Source: Chrysochromulina tobinii (Eukaryota). Taken from it: 35,086 nucleotides of DNA. The notes beneath the pieces are model-generated. The model had not been told where the DNA came from. It saw nothing but the letters and a program-made list of their open reading frames with translations, and made no database searches. Made by a program: the position numbers and the translations under genes. Below, in pieces: positions 19,546-27,808 of this stretch. The stretch is from NCBI GenBank assembly GCA_001275005.1, contig JWZX01003160.1, positions 1-35,086 of the forward strand. Direction: 5' to 3'. Position 1 is the stretch's first letter; the number at the start of each line of letters is the position of its first letter.

Positions 19546-21807
19546 CTACTTGTCAGCGGTGTATGGGGATCGACCGGGTAACCGGATGGGCGCCCCTTGT
19601 CTGTTGTCACCTGTGCATGCGCGCCCTTTGCTGCCGCGCGCCAAGCATCGGCTCGGGCAAATATAATTGGTCCGGGCGGCCCGCAGCCAGCGGCACCTAG
19701 GTGACGCGATGACACCTCGTCCTCGTCCTCTTCGCCGTCCTACGTCGAGCATGTCCCACTTGGAGTAGTCGACGGTGCCTTTGCCCCACGCGCGGCTGCC
19801 GGCCTGGGGCTTCTTTGGGTTCATCTTTGGAGGGTCGAGGGGATTCTTTGGAGGGTCGAGCATCGCCGGGTCGATCTTGTCATACATGAGCTTGCCGAGG
19901 ACCTCCTGTAGCTTACATTTGATAAGTGCGAGCGCGGCAGGCGCGAGCATCGTCGAGATCGCATCCTGCGCCGGCCCCGACTCAGCCGCGTGCGTGCTGC
20001 GCAAGTGAAGGTGCTTCCAATCGTGAAACGCGGTGTAATGGTTCACGTTCCACAGGCGCGTCTTGCCACCCAGCTGCTCTTCCCGCTCCGTGCCCTCGCC
20101 CAACACGGCGCGCCAGGGCACTTCGAGCGTCAAGTGGAAGAAAAGCGCGCGCCGCCCACCGTGGTACCGGATCGTGCACTCACCCTCGAGGATGCCGAAC
20201 ACATCGCACTTGCGACCCTCTTCGGGGTCGGGATCAAAGTCGCTCAAGCGTATGATGCCGTGGCGAGCCGTGTAACCGTTGGGTGCCGTGAAGGGTTCCT
20301 TGCGCTCAAATTGGAGACCCTTGAAGCCACGCGCGCAGTGCTGCCGCACGAACCAGATGTAGTCCTGCGTCTTGTCGCCTTGCAACGCGTAGTGGCCGTA
20401 GCCGGACTTGCTCTTCGCGTCGGAAAAGGCTCCGAGCGGGATGCCATGCTCCTCAAGCTCGCGCCGCTCCTTGCCTTCGACTTCGGCCTTTGCCTCCTGT
20501 TGAACGGATTCCACAAAGCGCTCCATCTCGGCGCCCATCTGCTTGCCCGCCTCGCCGATGGGCTTACCGCCACCCGCGTCACACAGAGCTTTGTAGGCGA
20601 GCTGAGCGTCTTGCAGCGCCCCCTCAGGGTCACACAGATGGCGCTTTGCCTGTGCACGTCGGAAGAGCGCCTTCGTGAAACAAGGGTACAACGCGCACGC
20701 ACTGTCGCACTCTGAAACCGCGTCGCGCCAGCGTCGCTGCTTGAGACGGCACGCGGCTAGGTTGCTGTGCAGCACTGCACGCGCTTTCGGCTCGGCCTCG
20801 ACCTCGTCGAGCTGCAGAGCTCTCTCGTAGAGTTCGGCGGCCTCAGTGATCTTGCCCTTGGCGAAGAGCATGTTTGCCTTCTCCTTAGCATCCGACGACG
20901 CGCGCGGCGCTGTGGCGATCGCGTTTGCCTCCGCCTCCGCCTTTGCTTTCGCGTTCGCGTCCACGTGGCGCTTCGACTCCACATCGAGCTCCTGCTGCTT
21001 GGCGGCGATCACGTCGGCGCCCTTCAGACCCACCGCCTTGACCTGCTTCGACAGCTCCGAGAGCATCTTGTCCACGCCTGGCTGCGGCGGCGGCGGCGGC
21101 GGCGACTCAATCAAAGCCGAACTTTCCTCCTCGTCCTGCTCCTCGCCCAGCTCCTCGGAGGCCTCGCCCTCCCTCGAGCAAGGCTTGCGGCCTGACGCCT
21201 TGCGCTCGAGTACCTTAGCGCACGACTCGTGACCGGCGTCTTCGGCGAGTTCGAACGCGATCTTGCCCTCGTACTCGACCAACTCATCGGCGCCCGCACC
21301 CACGAGCAGCTTGACGCACTCGATGTGGCCTTGGTGTGCCGCAAGGATGAGCGGCGTTGCGCCGTCCTTGTCGACCACGTTGAGCAGCGCGCGCGCTTGG
21401 AGAAGAAGCTCGACACACTCAACCGCGCCGTTGAGACACGCACCGTGCAAGGCAGTCGCCGCGTTGAGATTCTCCGCCTTGTCGATTGCCGCTGTTGCCT
21501 TGACCAGGAGATGGGCGCAGCCATGCCAGCCGTTCTCACATGCGATGATAAGCGGCGTCAGGCCATGCTTGCTGGTGCTATCAACGCGTGCACCGGCGCG
21601 CAGCAGCAGCTCAACGCATTGGTCGTGGCCCTCCTGACACGCGGCGTGGAGCGGCGTCATACCATCCTGATCGGCATAGTCCACAGACGGGCAGTCGAGC
21701 AGCGTGCCATCCTCCTCCTCAAGGTACCTTTGCAGCTTCGAAAGCTTGCCGTGGAAGGCAGCCGCGCTCACCTTGGGGCCGAGGGCTCGGACATGCTGCG
21801 ATTTCAT
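19546..21807 (-). CDS. Ankyrin-repeat + TPR + Aha1 N-terminal-like protein (putative Hsp90 co-chaperone); C-terminus uncertain
   Basis: Ankyrin repeats (GMTPLHAACQEGH, GLTPLIIACENG, ATALHGAC, GATPLILAAHQGH); clamp-type TPR (KEKANMLF, SNLAAC, KALFRRAQA); GECTIRYHGGRRALFFHLTLEVPW resembles Aha1_N; VDYSKWD. ATG at 21807. Confidence 0.8.
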   Translation of the reverse strand: MKSQHVRALGPKVSAAAFHGKLSKLQRYLEEEDGTLLDCPSVDYADQDGMTPLHAACQEGHDQCVELLLRAGARVDSTSKHGLTPLIIACENGWHGCAHLLVKATAAIDKAENLNAATALHGACLNGAVECVELLLQARALLNVVDKDGATPLILAAHQGHIECVKLLVGAGADELVEYEGKIAFELAEDAGHESCAKVLERKASGRKPCSREGEASEELGEEQDEEESSALIESPPPPPPQPGVDKMLSELSKQVKAVGLKGADVIAAKQQELDVESKRHVDANAKAKAEAEANAIATAPRASSDAKEKANMLFAKGKITEAAELYERALQLDEVEAEPKARAVLHSNLAACRLKQRRWRDAVSECDSACALYPCFTKALFRRAQAKRHLCDPEGALQDAQLAYKALCDAGGGKPIGEAGKQMGAEMERFVESVQQEAKAEVEGKERRELEEHGIPLGAFSDAKSKSGYGHYALQGDKTQDYIWFVRQHCARGFKGLQFERKEPFTAPNGYTARHGIIRLSDFDPDPEEGRKCDVFGILEGECTIRYHGGRRALFFHLTLEVPWRAVLGEGTEREEQLGGKTRLWNVNHYTAFHDWKHLHLRSTHAAESGPAQDAISTMLAPAALALIKCKLQEVLGKLMYDKIDPAMLDPPKNPLDPPKMNPKKPQAGSRAWGKGTVDYSKWDMLDVGRRRGRGRGVIASPRCRWLRAARTNYICPSRCLARGSKGRACTGDNRQGAPIRLPGRSPYTADK

Positions 21808-22187
21808 GCCTCCTCCCTCTTGGCTGGTGAACGCGCTGACTCTTAATTCGTGAAGTGCGGCCCCTCCCCGCACGAAAGCCAGGACCAAGGAGGAATTCCA
21901 AAAACCCCTGTGACAAGAGCTTTATCTGAACGTGACCTGTGGACACGCGGCATGGCTTGCTGTGTGCGCGGGCAAGTGTGCCCCGATTCCCGGATGTGGC
22001 AAGCGCCCGGCCCCGGTCATCTCGCGCTGAGTCTGAGGTCTGACGTGAGTCTGACACTTCTCCCGTCCCTGTAGGAGATGGACAGCACCCACACCCCACA
22101 GCCCCTTCGCATCCTCTAGAGCTCTATCGCTCTCCTCACTCGGGAAGGCGAGGTCTTCCTCTCTCTCCCGGTCTCACTTCACAAGAT

Positions 22188-23294
22188 TCACTTCACCAGA
22201 TTGAGCTTCTCGAAGACGTAGTATCCGCACATGAACTCGGCACCGTTGTTCGCGCCAAAGGCCTCGGCAACTGCAATGTAGAACATGCGGAAGCCTTCGT
22301 AAAAGTCGGAGCCGTACTTCTTGACGAAGCGCGCCTTGTTCTTCTCCTGCAGCTCGAGCCACGCGAGGCTCGTCTTCATGTAGCCGACCCCACTGATCGG
22401 CTGGACGTCAGCCAAGTACAGGTCCTTGGGTGCGAGATGGAAGTATGAGTTGAGAGCGAGGATCGAGCCGCCCGTGTAGAAGTTGCGCCCCATCCACGTG
22501 TCGGGGCTAAGCAGGTAGCTGCACGACTGGTGCAGCAGCGAGTGCACGAAGAACTTGGCACCCGGCTTTAGGCGGAGTGCAACGCCTCGCAGCAGCTCAC
22601 CGATGTTCTGTGCGTGCTCTACAGTCTCGATGGCAATGGCGGCATCGAAGAGGGGCGCACCCGCGGGCGCGACCTTCGACTTGGATGGATCGACGAAGAG
22701 CGCGTAGTCCTCGACGGACACTGTCAGGTTGGTGATGCCCCGCTCCTTGGCGCGCGCACGGATGAACTCGATCTGCGGCGGCGAGTTCGAGAAGCTGATG
22801 AAGGTGAGGTGCGGGAAGCGCGCCGCGTTGGTGAGCGAGATAGCGCCCCAGCCGCAGCCGAGCTCGAGCACACGCGCGCCGGCGGGCAGCGACGCGAGCC
22901 CCGCCTTTTCCTGGTAGATGGCGACAGTGTAATCCTCTGCCTTGCCGAGGCCGGCGGCGAACCCGTCCTTCTCCGAGCCCTCGGGCCACTCGCACGCGCT
23001 GTACTTGAGACGCGGCCCGAGGTGCAGAAGGAAGAATTCGGGATCGTTTGCGTACAGCTGCTCGTTGGTCACCTCGACCTCGGCCGTCACCGGACGCATG
23101 AAGCGCTCCTTGCGGTCCAGAATGATCTGCTGCACCACGACATCACCACTGCGCATCAGGTAGCCACAATACTTCATCCACGAGGCCACGAGGAAGCGCA
23201 AGAACCATGTGGGCATGTAAGGCTGCACATCCTTGACGAAGAGCTCTGCGAGCTCGCCGTTGAGGAGCAACCGGAGACGCGACTTGGTCGCCAT
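22188..23294 (-). CDS. SAM-dependent methyltransferase, coclaurine N-methyltransferase-like / Cfa family
   Basis: NEQLY, FFLLHLGPRLKYSAC, VLELGCGWG, SNSPPQIEFI, IETVEH, WMGRNFYTGG, AEAFG. Confidence 0.9.
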   Translation of the reverse strand: MATKSRLRLLLNGELAELFVKDVQPYMPTWFLRFLVASWMKYCGYLMRSGDVVVQQIILDRKERFMRPVTAEVEVTNEQLYANDPEFFLLHLGPRLKYSACEWPEGSEKDGFAAGLGKAEDYTVAIYQEKAGLASLPAGARVLELGCGWGAISLTNAARFPHLTFISFSNSPPQIEFIRARAKERGITNLTVSVEDYALFVDPSKSKVAPAGAPLFDAAIAIETVEHAQNIGELLRGVALRLKPGAKFFVHSLLHQSCSYLLSPDTWMGRNFYTGGSILALNSYFHLAPKDLYLADVQPISGVGYMKTSLAWLELQEKNKARFVKKYGSDFYEGFRMFYIAVAEAFGANNGAEFMCGYYVFEKLNLVK

Positions 23295-23529
23295 TGTAGA
23301 TGCCGACCGGATCCAAGTTCCTGGCGGAGGAACTGCGTTTACATGTATCTCGGGAGAACGCGATCACCTGCGGTTACTTCGAGCGCGTAAAACTCTCCCA
23401 CAACCGCGAACTATTTTCCTCACGGCGACTTCTCTCCATGTCCTTTGGTTCTTTCGGTTAGCGGTTTGTTTTCACGCGACCTATGTTTGGAAGAAACTTG
23501 GCTCCAAATCCACTTGCGCTTCGCAAAAA

Positions 23530-24781
23530 ATGTGAGTTTGCCAATATGTCGCGGTCCTCGCTGCTCTCGTCGCTGCCGGCCTGTACGCCGGCCATCACTC
23601 ACGGCTGGCAATCGACTCTCGCTCTCTCGCTCTCTCGCTCTCTCTTTCTCTCTCTCTCTCTGGCAGGCGACGATCGCCAGAACCCCTACCCAAGTACGAT
23701 GTGTTGCCTTGGTCGGAACCCGCAGATTTTTGCTACCAACCGTCGTGGCCCAGGCGCGCCCCCGGTCCGCCCCCGATCATCAATCCCGTGCAGCATTCTG
23801 GCAAGAGCGAGATGATGGGTTCGTCCCTTCAGTCCAACGCAATCAACTCGCGCAAGGCTGGGCCGACCAGCATTGGCGGCGGACTGAAGAAGATGATGTC
23901 GGAGGGTGCGACGCGCGGTCAGAGCGAGGCAAAGCTCCTGTGCGAGTACGCCTCGAAGAAGTGCCAGAGTGAGCTCTCTCTGCTGTTGAAGTCGGGCGCC
24001 GACCCGAATGTTCTATGCAAGGTGGACTGGCAGCCGTTCGAGACGACGCCTCTGCTGGAGGCCTCCGTTGCCGGGTACAAGCGTTTGGTGCGTCTGCTGC
24101 TCGAGCATGGCGCCAAGCCGAACACTGTGGTGGGCCCGGGCTTTACGGCCATCTACAACGCTTGCATGGTGAGCTCGCACCCACCCCTCTTCCTCCACCC
24201 ACCCCGCTCCCTCCACCCACGCACCCCTCACCTTCTGCCCACCCGTCGCTATGCAGAATGGGCACTATGAGGTGGTGGCCCTCCTTCTCGAGCACGGGGC
24301 GACCGTGACGCAGCTGACGGACGAAGGCTTCTCGCCCCTCTACATCTCCGCCCAGAATGGCCATATGGACTGCGTGGTTCTTTGCCTTGGGGCAACGAGC
24401 ATGACCAAGGAGCTCGCCGATCTCGGACCGAAGGAGCTTGGGGGCGCCACAGCGCTGTACATCGCGGTGCAGAATGGGCATCCCGACTGCGTGCACCAGC
24501 TCATCAAGGCGGGTTGCGCCATTGACCCCGTCACCGAAGCGGGTTCGACGCCGTTGATGATTGCCCTGTACCTTTCAGACATTTACGCCGACAAGCCACA
24601 CATCGACTGCGCGCGGATGCTCCTCGAGGCGGGCGCCTCACTCGAGCTGAAGGACAAGTCCGGCCGGGACGCGCTCGGCTGGTGCGGCCACGACTACTCT
24701 CTGATTGACCTTGTGGTCGAGGAGCAGAAGCTGCGCGATCGCCAAAAGAAATCTGGAGAGTTTGGCCGCGGCTTCTGGTGA
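23530..24781 (+). CDS. Ankyrin-repeat protein; intron 24169-24256 and probable intron 23532-23666 (alternative start at ATG 23812)
   Basis: TTPLLEAS, GFTAIYNACM|NGHYEVV, GFSPLYISAQNGH, ATALYIAVQNGH, STPLMIA. The 88-nt gtgagc..atgcag intron joins two ORFs in frame. Confidence 0.85.
23613..23661. repeat. (CT)n-rich microsatellite acting as a probable polypyrimidine tract
   Basis: ctctcgctctctcgctctctcgctctctctttctctctctctctct immediately before ggcag. Confidence 0.8.
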
Positions 24782-25318
24782 GCTGGCATGGGTGTCGCAA
24801 CTTGTTCAAAGCGCCCGCGGTCCTGCTTGAGCGGGGCAGCTCGGGCATACGTGGCCTTTGTCCATAGACTGCGGGCGGCGCATTATCATGATCGTGGTAG
24901 AACCATGGCGCCCACCATGGCGCCGAGCTGCCGCCCGTACGCTCTCGGTACGTGAACGTGAGCACGAACGCGAGTCGCGGGACGTGCGTGGTGTATGTCT
25001 GGCGTGTGTGGCATAAGTGGAGGGAAGGGGATGCGTGTGGCACCGCCTGGGTGCGACGAGCAAACGAGCGACGAAGGGACGCTCAGTGTGACCGATGTAC
25101 GGCTACATGTACGGTTGCTGACAGTGGTTCTCGGTCACGATGGGGGGACTGAGATGAGGGACTTTTGACTATTTGATGGAGGCACGACCTTTTCTGAGTT
25201 AGTTGGTGACCGAGTGTGAAGACTTGTGGGTTGTGTATTCATATGAAGAGACGTGCTCACACCTCCCTGTGGTCGCAAGCTCGCACCTCTGAGCCGACCA
25301 CTCCGACGCGTCATCCCT

Positions 25319-26002
25319 ATGCATCGCTTACGTAGCAAGCTCGTCACCATGCTGCTCGTGGCGCGGTGCACGGCAAGGGACTGCACCCTATCTGGTGTGG
25401 TGGAGGGCGGGTCGGCTTGGAGCTTCAATCTCGCAGGGTGCAGCTTCGTCGATCTCTCTGCGAGCAACCTGCCCGAGGACGGTCTGCTAGCGCTGGCCGA
25501 GGTGCTAAACACCAACACGGAGCTCACTTCGCTCAGCCTCCGCCACAATTCGATGAGTGACAACGGTGTGAGGGCGCTGGCTGATGCACTCAAGATCAAC
25601 ACCGCTCTCACCGTACTGCTGCTGGGCTTCAACTCGATTGGCAACGAGGGCGCAAGGGCGCTCGCCGGAGCGCTCGAGGTGAACAGCGCGCTCACCCTGC
25701 TGGACCTCGACTCCAACGCAATAGGCGCCGAGGGTGCGAGTGCGCTCGCTGAGGCGCTCAAGGCGAACAGTGCGCTCGTCGTGCTGACCCTCGGCTCCAA
25801 CCCGCTTGATGGTGAATCCCGGCGTGCTGTCGAAACGGTGCTCGCGGTGCGTCCAGAGGAGCGAATGCAGAGGTATGCCGGAGGAGGCGCCAGAGGTATG
25901 GCTTCGCTCCATGAGGAGGTACGGCGTCGCTCCATGCTGGACGACGATGCAACCGGAGCCGACGTCGCCGGTGCAAACGCCAACGCGCGACTTGAGCTGT
26001 AA
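25319..26002 (+). CDS. Ribonuclease-inhibitor/NLRC3-like leucine-rich repeat protein
   Basis: 28-aa repeats LTSLSLRHNSMSDNGVRALADALKINTA, LTVLLLGFNSIGNEGARALAGALEVNSA, LTLLDLDSNAIGAEGASALAEALKANSA. Confidence 0.88.
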   Translation: MHRLRSKLVTMLLVARCTARDCTLSGVVEGGSAWSFNLAGCSFVDLSASNLPEDGLLALAEVLNTNTELTSLSLRHNSMSDNGVRALADALKINTALTVLLLGFNSIGNEGARALAGALEVNSALTLLDLDSNAIGAEGASALAEALKANSALVVLTLGSNPLDGESRRAVETVLAVRPEERMQRYAGGGARGMASLHEEVRRRSMLDDDATGADVAGANANARLEL

Positions 26003-26312
26003 AGTGTTAACATGAGGGTATAGGTTTTACATTATTACTTTTTACGATTTTCCGCGGCTACAGCCGGTACGCAGCAGTGTCGACGGCGCTAAGTACCGCT
26101 CGTTCCGGTCCACCGGGGTCCGAGATAATTTTTTATCACACGGGTCACGGCCGCCGCGCGCCATAAAATTAGATATGACGCTCTGGCGTGGCCAGGGTGG
26201 CTCACAGACCGGACTGTCACCGCACGGGTACAGCGGCCGGAAGCGCCACGTCTCGCATCGCACGGTCGCAGGTCTGCACTGCCGTCCACCTCTCCGTCCA
26301 CCTACCGTCCAC

Positions 26313-27498
26313 CTAAGCGCCCGGCAGCACCAGCGGCAGCGGATTCTCACTTGCGCCGTGGTCCTTGGTCAACAGCTCCAGTTCGACGGCCCAGCGCTCC
26401 CCAAAAGTCTCGACGGGCAATAGAGCCCAATTCGCCGGTGTGGCACCCGGAGCAAGCTCAGGCTCGTTGAAGTCATGAACGGCAAACCACTTGCAGCGGA
26501 AGGCTTCTGGGTCGATGTTGGCCTTAGCAAGGTGCACCGCCAACTTGGGGTAGGCTGCGTTCCACGGCCCGAAGCTCATGCGCGTGCTGCTCTCTATGAT
26601 GGGTTTGAGTGTGAACAGGCGTAGCACGCACTCGTCGCAGTCGCGCGTGCGTAGCTGGCGGCACACGGCGCTCAACCGAACTCCCGAGCACTCGCGCAGC
26701 ATGAGCGAGCCGTCCACAGGCCCCAAGAGCACGCGGCAGCCGTGGCAGCCGTCAATCCGTCACTTGCTGCGTCCAGTCGAGCACGTGTACCTCGCAATCG
26801 ACGAGATCGCTCAGCTCGCAGCAGCCGCCGTTGAGCTCACCAGGCTGCACCACGAGCCGCTCGGAGCGCCTATCGCTCAGCACCATACGCTGAGGTGCAT
26901 TTGGGTCGGCCAATTTGGGAGTGGCCACTGGCAGCGGCGCCACGACCGCGGCCGTGACGGCTTCATCTCCAGATGCCTGAAAGCCAGGGGGCAGCGTGTT
27001 CGGGGTGCGCACACCCCTTTTCGCGGATTGCGGCCGCGCTGGCCGAGGCCGTGCCGCCGATGCAGTTGGCATCGGAGGTGCGGGTGGTGCGGGCGGAAGC
27101 GAAGCGGCGGCGGCAGCGGCGGCGGCAGCGGCGGCCGCCGCGGCAGCCTCAGCAAGCGGGCCACCCGATGGCAAGGAGACGGAGAAAGTAGTGCTCGTCG
27201 TGCTAGTGCGGCACAGAAGCGTTGGCTCGTCGTCATCATCATCCGGCATGTAGAAGGTCGACACGAGCAGCTCGAGGAGCGTTCGCAGCGGCGCCGCTCG
27301 CTTGCGGTTGGCCAGCAGAAGCGGCTCAAGCTTTAGAAGGCGCACGATGTCTGCGCGCGACGTGAGGTCCTCATCGGCCGGTGGTCGTGCGGCGTCGAGC
27401 TCGGACAGCGCCGCTTTAAACCCTTGCCGGCTAAGGTACTCGCGCACCACGCCGAAGGCGAGCGTCTCCGTGGCTGCGTCGGCGGCCGATGGCTGCAT
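26313..27498 (-). CDS. RP2/TBCC-domain protein with LisH/MINDY4-like N-terminus; 1-nt frameshift near 26757
   Basis: LSDLVDCEVHVLDWTQQVT/IDGCHGCRVLLGPVDGSLMLREC..AVCRQLRTRDC..PIIESS..FGPW is a TBCC beta-helix. The sequence ACG G ATT GAC carries one extra G. Confidence 0.82.
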
Positions 27499-27808
27499 GG
27501 CCAGAGCGAGTGTGTGCCCCACGTTCGCAAGTCCGCAGAAGTCCGCGGGAAGTTTTTAACCTGTATTCACAGTCGAACTCCAATGCCCTTCTCCTCGTCT
27601 GTCGTCTACAAGTGCGCCATCCTGATCTGGCCGGAAAGACGAGCCGCCGTCCCCTGACCGTCGGCTCCCCAGGCTTCACCTGATGAGTGTGAATGGCGGG
27701 CACACCAGGCTGCTACTCCCGTCCGTGTGCTCAGCTATGTGCTCAGCACTCAGCAAAGAGACCCTCGCTAGACCCGTCGCCGACCCACCGAGTGCACCGG
27801 CATCTTGC

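Noticed and set aside
19467..19745. Separate small ORF or Arg-rich C-terminus after DYSKWD
   Set aside because: The alternative frame reads DGEEDEDE, the acidic run expected after this motif, so this is probably an indel; the true stop is unresolved.
14339..23294. Biosynthetic gene cluster (SDR + methyltransferase)
   Set aside because: The two genes are separated by unrelated housekeeping genes and no scaffold-forming enzyme is present.
26750..26762. Programmed frameshift in the RP2-like gene
   Set aside because: A single extra G with no slippery sequence; several genes here show indels, so assembly error is the simpler explanation.
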